Shown: positions 1-11,562 of the stretch, in pieces
Layout: each line of letters opens with the position of its first letter
How positions within the stretch are numbered: the stretch's first letter is position 1
Virus record (IMG/VR): IMGVR_UViG_3300029705_000041
DNA: 64,000 bases
From: a virus
Lineage: Duplodnaviria; Caudoviricetes
Direction: 5' to 3' (one strand)
Position numbers and translations under genes: made by a program
The notes under the pieces: model-generated
Told to the model about the DNA's origin: nothing
Seen by the model: the letters and a program-made list of their open reading frames with translations, nothing else
Databases searched by the model: none

Positions 1-285
1 GTGTGAAATCGTAAAAGACTTTAACGGAGTTTATTATGCAAATATGTTTATCGAAGGTCAAAAGGTGGAAAATTTGCCGGAATATGTTGATTATAATACA
101 TTAAAAGCGGCAATTAGACAAGAGACTGGAGTGGAAATTTTAAAATGTAAAGATATGATTTTTGAGAAGTCCGGAAGAAAATACTATGCTTTTTTAGATA
201 ATACACAAACAAGACCGGATTGCAGAGTAACTTTAAAAGAAAGATTAAACGGATATAAACCAGATTTTAGTTAGGAGTTTATGTT

Positions 286-822
286 ATGGGATATTCAATT
301 ATTTTTGAAACAAAAATTGTAAAATTATCAGATGGTAGAATCATACACTTTGATAGAAGCGGTTGCAATAATGATGATGCTGGAAGAACTAAAGGAGAGT
401 TTACCGGAAAATTATATAATATTGATGATTTTATAAAAAGAGCCGAAGGCTTTAAAAAAGACTCAAAACCAATAAAAGAATCTAATGGTTGGGATTTAAA
501 AATCAATAGCCGCTGTGCAACATATTTTGACTATGGAGAACATCTTTTAAGAATGCTAAAGAGGGCGGAAAACTACCAGGATTTTATATTAAATAGGTAT
601 GTTTCAGCTAAGTATTGTGTTGGCATGGAAATTTTAAAACCGGAATATAAAGTTGTAAACAGAGAAGAATTTCAAGCTTTTATGAGGTCGTTACCGGTCA
701 ATTCTAGCTTGACATATCGAAGAATGATGGAATATCCGGAAGTAACAAAGGAACAAGAAATTATAAAGGCTCTGGAAGCAAATGAGTATATAGAATTTTA
801 TATCGGAAAGACTCATAAATAA
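286..822 (+). CDS. hypothetical phage protein
   Basis: 178-aa ORF with AGGAG RBS; no recognisable motif. Confidence 0.7.
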   Translation: MGYSIIFETKIVKLSDGRIIHFDRSGCNNDDAGRTKGEFTGKLYNIDDFIKRAEGFKKDSKPIKESNGWDLKINSRCATYFDYGEHLLRMLKRAENYQDFILNRYVSAKYCVGMEILKPEYKVVNREEFQAFMRSLPVNSSLTYRRMMEYPEVTKEQEIIKALEANEYIEFYIGKTHK

Positions 823-840
823 ACTCATAAAAATTTTTAA

Positions 841-909
841 AAAATAATTCAGAAAAAGTATTGACAAGTCATAAAAGATGTGTTATAATGATTATAGTAA
901 ATGAGTTAC
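841..909 (+). promoter_or_regulatory. sigma-A promoter of repeated phage family plus GTAA-N5-TTAC box
   Basis: AAAATAATTCAGAAAAAGTA-TTGACA(861)-17bp-TATAAT(884); GTAAATGAGTTAC at 897-909. Confidence 0.85.
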
Positions 910-922
910 GGAGGTAATAACA

Positions 923-1183
923 ATGGATTATATCATTGCAAAGAACACAAAATTAAAAGAGTGGTATGTAAAGAATTTTCCTTCAGATGATGCAGCAGAT
1001 ACCATTAATGAGGAAAAAACCTTTTATGACTTGTTTAAATGCTTAGACCGTCATGGAGAAATATATTCCGAATGTATGGGCGATAGTGTTGACAGCGTTA
1101 TAAGAGAAAGATTGTTTACTAAGTTGGCGGAAATTATGAATGTGACATATGATTATATTTATAATCAGTGGTTAGGAGTATAA
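923..1183 (+). CDS. hypothetical protein
   Basis: GGAGG RBS, first gene after promoter. Confidence 0.7.
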   Translation: MDYIIAKNTKLKEWYVKNFPSDDAADTINEEKTFYDLFKCLDRHGEIYSECMGDSVDSVIRERLFTKLAEIMNVTYDYIYNQWLGV

Positions 1184-1877
1184 GGAAAGGAATTTGAAAA
1201 ATGAAAGAAAAATACAAGGTATTCAAACTAAAAGGAAAAGAACTTTGTGCTTATACTTTAAGAGGCACATTTCCAGGAGAGGAAGAAGCAACAAAAGAGT
1301 TGCTTGCCGGTGAAAATAACTGTAAGCCATCAGATATTTCTGTTTCAATTGAGGAAAGAAATTAATAATATGAGTTTTATAGCTGTTAAAAATAATGCAG
1401 AAAAACTAGAGGTGTAAAAATGGATAGACAGCAACAAATAAATGATTGGATAGAAAGAGGCGGAAAGTTGCGAGAAGTTAAACGATGTGCGTTATACGGT
1501 GATTTTGAATATACAGAAAGAACCATTGTATTAGACGGTGAAACTCATCATATTACTTTTGCAGAAGCCGAGCAAATAAAGAAGATACAGATGCAGAAAA
1601 CATAGATGATAATAAAAAGATAGTTTTATATATACAGGAGGAAATTATGATTAAGTATATAGTAAATGATTATTATGACGAAGATATATCAATAGTGGGT
1701 GGATTATTTGACACACCAGAAGAAGCTTTTGAATGTATGAAAAACGATGTCGAAGAATTCGTTAAAACAGTCAATGCAGATAAATATGATATTGACAAGA
1801 ATAGCGCAACCGTTTATGGAAATGATTCTTGTTATTGGAAAATAAATCCCATTGAAATATAAAGGAGGTATAATGTA

Positions 1878-2225
1878 ATGAGTTGTAAAGCATATAATCC
1901 GGAGCAGAATCCGGAAATAATCACCTATATGAGCTATGGTGAGTGGGAAAATATTAAAGATGAAATGAATGCACGAAGATTATCAAGACTTAACAAGGAA
2001 CGTAGAAGAAAAGCGGTATATTTTAGAAAACAGCATTGCACCGGAGCTTTAATTTTCCTTATTGGGCTGATATGCTTAATAACTGGATGCAGTATTAACA
2101 ATTCAATTCTACAGTATTTTGGCGGAATAATCGGAATTGCCGGATTGTATCTTGTATTAACAAAACAGATGGTATTAGTTGATAATTATTATCTTGAACG
2201 CCAGGATAAAATAAATGAATATTAA
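1878..2225 (+). CDS. small membrane protein
   Basis: two hydrophobic segments; AGGAGG RBS. Confidence 0.65.
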   Translation: MSCKAYNPEQNPEIITYMSYGEWENIKDEMNARRLSRLNKERRRKAVYFRKQHCTGALIFLIGLICLITGCSINNSILQYFGGIIGIAGLYLVLTKQMVLVDNYYLERQDKINEY

Positions 2226-2560
2226 ATTACATATATAAAAAATCAAGGAGAAATATCAATGCCAATAGCCATCTTAATAGGAATCCTTATTATATGGATA
2301 ATTTATAGTATAGTTCAGGGTTGTATAAAAGATACACCAGTAATTAAAGATAAAAACGCTCTGCTTAATAGCTTTGTTGGAAAATCACAAACAGAATGCA
2401 GAAAAATCTTAAAGGAGTATAAAAATGAGAAAAAGATATAGATATTTATTAGAAAAAATTCGAGATGGTTCTGATTGGAAAAAAGGAATGAGGATATGGG
2501 CGGATATGCCCTGTACAGGATGGAGAATTATAGAAAAGATACTAGTTAGGGAGTGAGAAC

Positions 2561-2983
2561 TTGACGATAAAGCAAAGAGTAAAAATAGCTTGTGAAACAG
2601 CAGGAATGAATTTAGGTGATATTGCTTTTAAAATGGGAATGAGTCAATCAACTTTTTCAGTAAGACTCAAAACCGGAAAATTCACAAAAGATGAGTTGAA
2701 GCAAATTGCTGAATTTTTGAACTGTAAATACACATCATATTTTAAATTTAGTAATGGCTCAATTATCAGTGCAAATAGCACTGGAGATGAAATTAAAAAC
2801 GCTTGTGAATATGCGGATATGACTGCTACAGATTTAGGTCGTAAAATGGGAATTACACAGCCAGCAATATCTAGGAGATTAAAGACTGGAAAATTCACTC
2901 ATGATGAACTTAAAATGATTGCTACAATGATAGGCTGCGAATATGAATCTAAATTTGAATTTGAAAACGGTGTACAAATTTAA
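2561..2983 (+). CDS. tandem XRE-type HTH DNA-binding protein
   Basis: internally duplicated unit (KMGMSQSTFSVRLKTGKFT / KMGITQPAISRRLKTGKFT). Confidence 0.8.
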   Translation: MTIKQRVKIACETAGMNLGDIAFKMGMSQSTFSVRLKTGKFTKDELKQIAEFLNCKYTSYFKFSNGSIISANSTGDEIKNACEYADMTATDLGRKMGITQPAISRRLKTGKFTHDELKMIATMIGCEYESKFEFENGVQI

Positions 2984-3231
2984 TAATATATAAATACCAG
3001 GAGGTTTTTATGAAGATAATCGGAATAACGATATTGGTTTTATTTTTGATAATGTTTTTATTTGGAACAGTTAAAGTAAACGGAAAACCAACAAATAATA
3101 TTTTTACAAAGGCTATAGGTGCAGCAATTTATGCTGTGATTTCCGGATTAATTATAGGAATACCCATTTTAGGAATAATTAAATTAATAACTTAAAAATA
3201 AGACAGAAAAAATATAAAAGGAGAATGTGTT

Positions 3232-3582
3232 ATGAAGCTATCAAAGAAATTAACAAAGATGATAAATAAGGCAGAGTTTAAAATTACTTACGAGGATGAT
3301 AATTGTATTAATTTTGAACGTTGGAGTAAAGCCGGACAGGATTTCAGTTTTAGTATTGATACGGAAAATAATCTAGATTCATTCAGAGATAATATATTGT
3401 CTTATTATAATGAATTTGATGTGTCTTATGAAGCATATTTGTGGCTTGATAACACAGGACACGGAACAAACGGAGCGCCGCATGACATGAAAGCTGTTTA
3501 CGAAGATATGGAAGAATGTGAAGGTTTTATTTATGAGCTGTATCAGGTTGTAGATAAGTATATTGATTATATAAGGAGATAA
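3232..3582 (+). CDS. hypothetical phage protein
   Basis: 116-aa ORF with RBS. Confidence 0.65.
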   Translation: MKLSKKLTKMINKAEFKITYEDDNCINFERWSKAGQDFSFSIDTENNLDSFRDNILSYYNEFDVSYEAYLWLDNTGHGTNGAPHDMKAVYEDMEECEGFIYELYQVVDKYIDYIRR

Positions 3583-3829
3583 CTAATTATGGAAAATAAT
3601 ATGGATAAAGTGTGGAAGGCTCTAAACCTAGATATATTTGAAAAATTTAACATGATTCCAGATAGTCCATATGTATTAAACAGGAAGATTATGGAAAAGA
3701 AATTGAAGAATCCATATTATTTTACCGATGAGGGATTAATTAATAGATATGGTGTTTTAGATAATGAGCGCTTACCGGATTTAATTGTTGGAATTATAAA
3801 AATAGAAAAGATATAGGAGGTAGTTATTA

Positions 3830-4606
3830 ATGAAAATTAAAGTGAATGTTGAATACAAAGAGGCTTATTTGCCGCCTAGGTGTAGAAAACTTAGGTATAA
3901 AAATGAGAGCAAGGAAGTGACTTTGAATATTAGGGAAATAACAAAGGATGATGCTCAAATAGCTTTTATTGTACATGATAAAGGACATTGTAAAAAATAT
4001 AATGACTACCATCCTGTTCCGGAAGATGATATTATATATTATTTTTATAAAGGTAAATTATATACTCTTGTAAATTGGAGTGATAAGCATTGTGGAAAAA
4101 CCGGTTTGCTTCCTGTAGAAGAATTGCATTGGTATATCAGAGGACGATATGATTATTGGAATGGTGATTTTGAAGCCAATAAAAAGTATTTTCAGGAGAA
4201 TGCCAGAGAATATTTAATTATTGACGGAAAAGTATATCAGAGAGCCGGAGAACCACGATATGTTGTTAATACATTTGGTTTAGGTCATAATCATGGTGGT
4301 ACTGGAATGTTTGTCGAAGAATTTTATAATCCAAATATTTCAAACGATAATTACTTTTCTGCACTAGACGGAGAACTTGCGGTTGCATATGCAAATAAAG
4401 TTGCTGCTGGGCGTGGAGATACAAATGATGTCGGAAGATTTAAAACAAGTATCGAAACATTAATGCCAGAAGTTGTAAAAGTTAAACCTAAAAAACAGCA
4501 TGGCAAGGGTGATAAATTTATAAATGACTTAGAAAAAGTAATTTCAAAATCAGATAGTGCAGTCGAAGCAGGATTATTATGTATTGCTATGGCTAATTTA
4601 CTTTAA
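3830..4606 (+). CDS. hypothetical phage protein
   Basis: 258-aa ORF with AGGAGG RBS. Confidence 0.7.
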   Translation: MKIKVNVEYKEAYLPPRCRKLRYKNESKEVTLNIREITKDDAQIAFIVHDKGHCKKYNDYHPVPEDDIIYYFYKGKLYTLVNWSDKHCGKTGLLPVEELHWYIRGRYDYWNGDFEANKKYFQENAREYLIIDGKVYQRAGEPRYVVNTFGLGHNHGGTGMFVEEFYNPNISNDNYFSALDGELAVAYANKVAAGRGDTNDVGRFKTSIETLMPEVVKVKPKKQHGKGDKFINDLEKVISKSDSAVEAGLLCIAMANLL

Positions 4607-4813
4607 AAGGGAAGGAGGATAAAAGTATTATGGATAAACAAAATAAGCATCCGTGTTTTGCGGATAAAGGTTTTAGCAGATGTTCTATTCTTACTGTAAA
4701 AAATTGTGAAAAATGTAGCTTTAGAAAAACAATTGAACAGTATAAAAGTGATAGATTAAAGTACCGTGATAAAGAAATAGCTTATCTAGCCAAACACGGT
4801 ATTACATATAGAG

Positions 4814-5269
4814 GTGATTAATATGGCAAGAAGAATTGATGGAACAATTTATATGATTAAGTATCTTAATAGCATGGTGCCTGAATATGTTGAATGTGAA
4901 AATGAAATAGATTTATTTGAATATATAGCGGAAAAACAGATTGCAGGAAATTTGTTTTGTAGCGCTAATGAAATTTGTAAGGATGGTAGTAGACCTAAAG
5001 TTTCTGTTTTAACCAACAAAACATATAAAAATATTTTAAAAGCATTCAAGAATCCGCCGGAAATTATTGTAGAAGAAAATTATTGGCATAATGATAGAGG
5101 CTATCATTACTCATTGACTCCGATAAATGAGAAGGATAGAGAAATTTTATCACAGTTCTGGATAGATACTACATCATTAAAGCGTGCAAGAGAATCAGCG
5201 GAAAAATGGATAAAACGGCATAACCATTTAAAAATTGTTATCAAAAATGAAAAGAGGAAATTAAAATGA
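4814..5269 (+). CDS. hypothetical protein
   Basis: 151-aa ORF overlapping neighbours in operon fashion. Confidence 0.6.
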   Translation: MINMARRIDGTIYMIKYLNSMVPEYVECENEIDLFEYIAEKQIAGNLFCSANEICKDGSRPKVSVLTNKTYKNILKAFKNPPEIIVEENYWHNDRGYHYSLTPINEKDREILSQFWIDTTSLKRARESAEKWIKRHNHLKIVIKNEKRKLK

Positions 5270-6447
5270 AATTTGAATTAAATGCAAAGGAATTTAAAAA
5301 TGCAGCAGACAGAGCTATGGCGGTTATATCCAAGAAACCATCACTACCTGTTTTGGATAATTTAAAAATCACTTCGGGGGACGGAGCTGTAATTATAAGT
5401 GCATCAAACTTGGAAACTTTTGTTGATATTACTGTAGCTGCTCATATTATTGAGCCTGGAGAAGTTTATGTTAATAAAGCAAGTTTAGTAAAAGTATATG
5501 GTTTATCTGATTACATCACCATTGAAGCAAATGATAAAATTTTTAATGTTAAAAATGGAAAAAAGTGTTGTGAGGTAGCAACGGTAAAACTAGAAAAAGA
5601 AGAATACCCAAAAGCTCCGGTTATTGATGACAATGTTAATCGTATTTTTAAAGAATCTGAAAAAGACTTAATTAATGCGTTTATTTCTATGGATTGTATC
5701 AGGGCTAAAAATTCTACAAGACCAATTCTTGAAGGATTTAATATAAATGGAGCAGAAAAAAGAATTGCAGCCTGTGATGGCTTTAGATTGGCTGTTAAAA
5801 GACTTAATGGAGAAATTTTAGATTCCAATTTTAATATTACTATTCCTGGTGATGCTTGTGTAAATTTAAAAAAGATTGGAAACAATAAAAGAGATTATAA
5901 AGTAAATGTTTTTTATGGAAAACCTTCAGGTTGCACGGCTTATTTTGTTTTCTTTAAAGGTGTTGATTTTACATATTGTTGCAGAGTTCTTGAAGGAGAA
6001 TATCTGAATATTTCAAGCGTTATGAAAATAAATAAAACATACTCTTTTGAAATTTGTCCGGAAGAATTGGAGAATATCGCAAAAGAATATTCAAAAGAAA
6101 AAGATTCTCCAATGTATATTATTAAAAATGATAATAATTTGTACACGACAATTATATCAACTACATACCAGACAGCAGATATGCTAGAAAGTGCTGGAAA
6201 AATTGAGAATATGAGTGATGGATATTGTTTTTGTGCTAATCCGGCATATGTAAAAGAAGCAATGAGTTTATTTAAGGAAGATAAGGTGTTAGCTTATGGC
6301 GATGTAAAAACATCTGAAACAACCGGTGGAATGATTTCTCCAATTTGTTTTGAGAATGAAGAATACACAGCTCTTGTACTTCCTGTAAGAGCTACAATGG
6401 AAAGTGTAAAGAATCGCATGGAATTTATCAGCAAACTTCAAAGATAA
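5266..6447 (+). CDS. dnaN: DNA polymerase III beta sliding clamp-like protein
   Basis: 393 aa; KPSLPVLDNL, RPILEG, ACDGFRLA and C-terminal LVLPVR motifs typical of beta clamps. Confidence 0.8.
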   Translation: MKFELNAKEFKNAADRAMAVISKKPSLPVLDNLKITSGDGAVIISASNLETFVDITVAAHIIEPGEVYVNKASLVKVYGLSDYITIEANDKIFNVKNGKKCCEVATVKLEKEEYPKAPVIDDNVNRIFKESEKDLINAFISMDCIRAKNSTRPILEGFNINGAEKRIAACDGFRLAVKRLNGEILDSNFNITIPGDACVNLKKIGNNKRDYKVNVFYGKPSGCTAYFVFFKGVDFTYCCRVLEGEYLNISSVMKINKTYSFEICPEELENIAKEYSKEKDSPMYIIKNDNNLYTTIISTTYQTADMLESAGKIENMSDGYCFCANPAYVKEAMSLFKEDKVLAYGDVKTSETTGGMISPICFENEEYTALVLPVRATMESVKNRMEFISKLQR

Positions 6448-6508
6448 TACAGAAAAAGTCTTGACAAAACACAGAAGGTGTGCTATACTATAATAGTAAA
6501 TTAATTAC
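6447..6508 (+). promoter_or_regulatory. repeated-family promoter plus GTAA-N5-TTAC box
   Basis: CAGAAAAAGTC-TTGACA(6461)-17bp-TATACT(6484); GTAAATTAATTAC 6496-6508. Confidence 0.8.
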
Positions 6509-6536
6509 TATAGTTATGCACACCTAAAAGTTTAAA

Positions 6537-6845
6537 TTGGTGGAGGTGCTGGTATTGTGTAGAAAACCTATAGCAAGTGAATATTTAAAGCTAACAGAAT
6601 TTTGGGATGCAGCAAATCAAGAAACGATTTCAGAAAATGTTAGAAAAGTTTTAGAAGAAAAGATTCCTGAATGTCGAGATAGTTTTAATGCAGTATGGAA
6701 TAAACTAATGGAAATAACAGGTTCTAATAAACATACGGTATATGCGTGGATGAATAAAAGCAGGAATAATGTAAAAGTTCCTTTAATTAAATTGTGCATG
6801 ATAGCAAACGAATTAGATGTAGATGTTCTTGAATTGTTAAAATAA
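6537..6845 (+). CDS. putative HTH transcription regulator
   Basis: HTH-like C-terminus (TVYAWMN...LCMIANELDVDVLELL). Confidence 0.55.
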   Translation: MVEVLVLCRKPIASEYLKLTEFWDAANQETISENVRKVLEEKIPECRDSFNAVWNKLMEITGSNKHTVYAWMNKSRNNVKVPLIKLCMIANELDVDVLELLK

Positions 6846-6856
6846 AATTTAATGGG

Positions 6857-7420
6857 ATGGATAATATGAAAAAATTTAAAACTATACTTATGTTATTTGT
6901 ATTTGTTTGTAGTATTGTATTTATAACTGGTTGTTCTAAGGAAGAAAATATTGTAAAGTATGATATAGAAACAATTGGTATGTATGATACTAAAACAGGT
7001 GTTCTCTTAAAGCTTGGAGATACAAAGAGTACAATAAAAAAATATCTTGGAAATCCGGATGAAACTATCATAAATACAGATAGGTATGATTATTTAAACG
7101 TTGTTTACAATGGAGACAATGAAGTTGTTTCTCTTAACTTAGATAACGTTGTTTATGATGGTGGAAATAGATTTTATATTGCTTCCGGTATTGGCTGCGA
7201 GTCAACTGTTATTGATTTTCAAGAAACTTACAAAGAGTACACAGAAGAAAAAGATAAGTTCAACAGATATGTTTCATCAATTAAGTTGATAAAGGAAAAT
7301 TCATATTACACACCATTAAACGATGAAACAAATACATCAGAGCAAGAAAAGATAAAAATATCTATGCTATATTATGACTATGAAAATATAAATAGCATTC
7401 GCATAGAAAAAATAAAATAA
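6857..7420 (+). CDS. lipoprotein
   Basis: KK + hydrophobic stretch + ITGC lipobox. Confidence 0.7.
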   Translation: MDNMKKFKTILMLFVFVCSIVFITGCSKEENIVKYDIETIGMYDTKTGVLLKLGDTKSTIKKYLGNPDETIINTDRYDYLNVVYNGDNEVVSLNLDNVVYDGGNRFYIASGIGCESTVIDFQETYKEYTEEKDKFNRYVSSIKLIKENSYYTPLNDETNTSEQEKIKISMLYYDYENINSIRIEKIK

Positions 7421-7660
7421 AAGAGGTAATATTATAATGATTAAATTTGCAGTAACACTTACAAAGGGAGATAATAGAAAAGTATTAGAAGTTTGCGATA
7501 CAAAAGAGCAAGCTATGGAAAAAGGTGCAGAATACAGAAAACAATTTTCTATGGATAGCGGTATTTTAAGTTGCATTTCCGCAGAGTTTGATGAAAATAA
7601 TAATCGTACAGATAAGAAATATAATCTGATTCATTCTTGGATTTAAGGAGTGATTAATTA

Positions 7661-8440
7661 ATGGCTAAAAAGAAAGCTGTTCCGGAATTGACACGTGAAC
7701 AGAAAATACAAAAGTTTATAAATGAAGGATATGGAAATTACAAGCCGGAACCAACATATGAATTTAAAATAGGGGATTCGGTTGTAATAGGTAGCCTGGA
7801 AGATGTTGTTATTTGTGATGTGATAAGTGATGGAATATATGAAATTGATTTTACAAGAACGGAATGTAATTATGGTAATCCTATAAAATATCCACATCAA
7901 AAAAGATTTGTTCATTGGTATCAGATAAGATCGGTTAATAATAATACCGTTTCTCTTGTAAAAAATGATGATTTAAGTTTAAGCTTTTCGCAGCAGACAA
8001 TAGAGGGAGCCATCATTCATAGAGCAAACTATTTTGGAATTGATTTCTCCCCCGAATACCAAAGAGATTATGTATGGGATTTGGAAGATAAAGTTGACCT
8101 TATTGATTCTATATTCAATAATATAGAAATTGGAAAATTCGTTTTTATTCATAATCCTTATGGCACAAATGATAATACTTACACTGTTTTGGATGGTAAG
8201 CAGAGAACATTAACATTATTAGCATTTTATGAAAACAGATTTCCGTATAAAGGCTTATATTATAATGATTTAAGTTTTAGGGATAAAGCTCATTTTTTAA
8301 ATTATCGTGTATCAGTATCAGAAGTTGATGAGATTTCCGAAGAACAGATTCTTAGATATTTTATATCATTAAATACAGCAGGGAAAACGATGGATAAAGC
8401 ACACATAGAAAAAGTTCGTAAAATGATTGAAAAGAATTAA
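7661..8440 (+). CDS. DUF262/ParB-like (GmrSD N-terminal type) domain protein
   Basis: PEYQRDYVW, LIDSI, VLDGKQR and LNTAG motifs. Confidence 0.8.
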   Translation: MAKKKAVPELTREQKIQKFINEGYGNYKPEPTYEFKIGDSVVIGSLEDVVICDVISDGIYEIDFTRTECNYGNPIKYPHQKRFVHWYQIRSVNNNTVSLVKNDDLSLSFSQQTIEGAIIHRANYFGIDFSPEYQRDYVWDLEDKVDLIDSIFNNIEIGKFVFIHNPYGTNDNTYTVLDGKQRTLTLLAFYENRFPYKGLYYNDLSFRDKAHFLNYRVSVSEVDEISEEQILRYFISLNTAGKTMDKAHIEKVRKMIEKN

Positions 8441-9217
8441 TGAAAGTGAGAGTTAGATAATGGCAAGAGGAATGGGTACAATATACAAAACAACAAAATG
8501 TATTTGTGATAATCCTGATATGTCAAAGTGGAGTATCGTACACAAAACTACTATAAAATCTGGAAAGAAGTTTGGCAAGGTAAAAGCTCTTGTATATTGT
8601 GAAACTTGCAATCATCAATGGGAAACTTCCGCAAAATACATTGAACAGTTAAAGTGTAGATAAAAAACGAATTTTATATATAAAAATGAGGTTGATAATA
8701 TGGGAATGTGCATTGAAACAACAGGAGTAACCACTTACACTATTCATTTAACAGATGAAGATGTTAAACTTATAAAAGAATGGATAACTCAACATAAAGA
8801 TAATTTGCCATCTTTTAATATGAAAGAAAATGTTGCTTATGCAGCTAAACAATTATATTGCGATGGCAAAATTTCATTCTATGAAGAAAACAAGGCTGTA
8901 GAATCTGATTTTTCTACCGAAAATGTATCATGGAGTGAGTTTGAAAGCAGAGAACCAGAAGAAATTTTAAACTTGTAGAAAAAATAAAGGATGATAATAT
9001 GAGTGCAAAATATAAGTATGATATAACCGGAAGTGCTAACGGAAAGTCAGTAGTTGCTTCATGTGTTGCCAAAGATACTTTTGCTGTATTGCAAATGTTT
9101 AAAGATGCAGGAATATATGTTCATACTATACCGAGCAGAAAACAAGTCCATGCGGATATAGAAATAGGTATTAAATCAGCAAAAGTAATAATGCCATCAA
9201 AATAAAATTTTTTAAAA

Positions 9218-9284
9218 AATAATTCAGAAAAAGTATTGACAAACGAGAAAAGGTATGCTATAATAAGTATAGTAAATGAGTTAC
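9218..9284 (+). promoter_or_regulatory. repeated-family promoter plus GTAA-N5-TTAC box
   Basis: TTGACA(9236)-17bp-TATAAT(9259); GTAAATGAGTTAC 9272-9284. Confidence 0.85.
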
Positions 9285-9302
9285 AGATAAGGAGCAATAA
9301 AA

Positions 9303-11147
9303 ATGATTGAAATTATTTTAAATTCAGAAAAAGACGGTATCGAAATAAAGTTTGATAGTAAACCGGATGGAGCTATACTTAGTGCATTAAAAGAAAATGG
9401 ATTTCGCTGGCATAATCAAAAGAAGGTATGGTATGCAAAGAATACGGATGAACGTATGGAATTTGTCAAACAGCTTGATTCTGAAAAAACAACAACCAAG
9501 GCAGAAAAAGTAAAGATTGCTGAATATGATTTGTGGGAAATGACAAGAGTAAACTCTATCGGAAATAATGTGGATAAAAAGTTAATGACAAAAGAAATTG
9601 CAGCTAAAGTAAGAAAGCATATTAAAGACAGATTTCCGATGTGTCGATTCAGTGTTACAAGCGACTATTCTAGTCTTTATGCAAAAATTTTATCAAGTCC
9701 TTTTGCAAAGGATAGCCAGGAACTTGAAGCGATAGTGGAATATGTATATAGATATGCTGAAAGTTATAAATACTGCACCGATTATAACCCTTATGGTGAT
9801 TATGGTTCTTCTTATAATTTCTTCGGAGTTTATAAGTCAAATATAATTGATTATGAGTATGAGCAAAGAGAAATGACTGTTTCAGAATTAAATATGTCAG
9901 AAATTTTTAAAGCCAAAAAAGAAGAATTTGAAAGACAAGAAAAAATAAGAGAAGAAAAAGAATTTCAGGAACAGTTAAAGAAAAATGAAGAAGCAAGAGT
10001 TGAAGCTGAAAAGCAAAGAAAAATTGATGCCGAGAATCATGCCCTAGTAGAAAATAATATTAGCAAAATTAACACAGTTGATTATTTTGTTCTGGGGGTT
10101 ATTGAGCCTAATTATAATAAGTTGGATTGTGTAGATGATTATTCTGAAATTATAAAAGAAGGCAAATTTAAGACAGTTAATTGTAGAGTTACAAAAGAAG
10201 TTTATCTTACAAAAGAAATGTATGATATATTCAGAAATCAGATGATGGATGATTGGAGTTTCATCGAAGGAACCGGCGGCAGCCAGTGTGATGATTGGCG
10301 CATCAATTCTATGACTGATTATAATATGATGTCAGAACAAGAACGTGAAACTGTTGAATGGTATTCAAATGAGTGTGTTGCAATTTTTTGTGAAGATAAA
10401 TTAATGTTTATCGTAGATGCACAAGGTTATTCTTATTGTAGATATGTGTTAATTTTGGATGAAAAATCAAAAATTGTACCAGAATACAAAGTTCAACAAG
10501 CTATAAGTGAAGAAGAAAGAGAATCATTCAGAGAAAGTGCTGATGTATTAGAGGATGTAAGTGTCGGAATTATTATGAAACATTCATATGGCGATAAATG
10601 GAATACAGAAAAGTTTGATGAATATAAAGAAAAAATTAAGCACTGGATTTATGATAAGAAATTTAAGTTTAATGTCAATATTGTACGAGCAATAACGAAT
10701 GAAGATTTTAAGGTTGCTATGTATAAACTTTTAACCGAAGTCGATGGTATTCAAGAACAATTTGCGATGGCAAACTTGGAAAACGGTCAAAAGATAACCA
10801 TGATTTATATGAGTGATTTTGGCGGAATGGTAACACGTAAAGTTGTTTTCAAATCGTTTACTCCTACAACTTATGCACAGTATGATAATGCTGTTAGATT
10901 AGTAGTCAGACCAGAAAGAAAACGAAATGATTATGAAATGGTGTTTCATAAAGAAGTTATTATTTATAATGGTTGGATAGATTATCCGGAAGATTTGCTA
11001 TGGGAACAGCTTTCTTCTTCAAATGGCATGAGCTGTAAAAGAACCAGGTTTATGTCATGCGATAGAGAACAGTATGATGTTATAATGGATTACTTTGCAA
11101 AGAATGGAATCAAACCCATAATTAATACCTATAAACCTGTCTTTTAA
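9303..11147 (+). CDS. large hypothetical protein, possibly with polyvalent-protein-associated domains
   Basis: 614 aa; LKENGFRW..KKVWY and KEIAAKVRKHIK..FP..FSVTS segments resemble small domains of phage/plasmid polyvalent proteins; central coiled coil. Confidence 0.5.
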   Translation: MIEIILNSEKDGIEIKFDSKPDGAILSALKENGFRWHNQKKVWYAKNTDERMEFVKQLDSEKTTTKAEKVKIAEYDLWEMTRVNSIGNNVDKKLMTKEIAAKVRKHIKDRFPMCRFSVTSDYSSLYAKILSSPFAKDSQELEAIVEYVYRYAESYKYCTDYNPYGDYGSSYNFFGVYKSNIIDYEYEQREMTVSELNMSEIFKAKKEEFERQEKIREEKEFQEQLKKNEEARVEAEKQRKIDAENHALVENNISKINTVDYFVLGVIEPNYNKLDCVDDYSEIIKEGKFKTVNCRVTKEVYLTKEMYDIFRNQMMDDWSFIEGTGGSQCDDWRINSMTDYNMMSEQERETVEWYSNECVAIFCEDKLMFIVDAQGYSYCRYVLILDEKSKIVPEYKVQQAISEEERESFRESADVLEDVSVGIIMKHSYGDKWNTEKFDEYKEKIKHWIYDKKFKFNVNIVRAITNEDFKVAMYKLLTEVDGIQEQFAMANLENGQKITMIYMSDFGGMVTRKVVFKSFTPTTYAQYDNAVRLVVRPERKRNDYEMVFHKEVIIYNGWIDYPEDLLWEQLSSSNGMSCKRTRFMSCDREQYDVIMDYFAKNGIKPIINTYKPVF

Positions 11148-11151
11148 GGAG

Positions 11152-11562
11152 ATGAAAAATATGCCAAGCACACCACTAAAAAGAGAAAAAAGCGGAAGAA
11201 TATTATCTGATAAATATAAATCTGATGATTTAAAGCTATTTGAAGTATTTGAGATATATAAAGATGACTTGCAGAATGAATATGTAAATTTGTATTATGC
11301 TTTATTAGGATGGAAAGATTCACATTTAAGAGAATTATCCAAAGAGCAATACCGGAACCAGGAAATTATTAGTATTACAGATGTAGAAAATCTCTTAAAT
11401 AAATTCTGCAAAAAATTTGAATATGTTGACAAATCAAGAATACGGCTAATTGATAAAAACGATGGCAGTTTTACAATTATTGAAATCGCAGATGATAAAA
11501 AATCAGTGACTTATGAAGGCAGAGTCATTGGTGGACTGGATGAGTTGGAAAAGAGACTATGA
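11152..11562 (+). CDS. hypothetical protein
   Basis: 136-aa ORF with RBS. Confidence 0.55.
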   Translation: MKNMPSTPLKREKSGRILSDKYKSDDLKLFEVFEIYKDDLQNEYVNLYYALLGWKDSHLRELSKEQYRNQEIISITDVENLLNKFCKKFEYVDKSRIRLIDKNDGSFTIIEIADDKKSVTYEGRVIGGLDELEKRL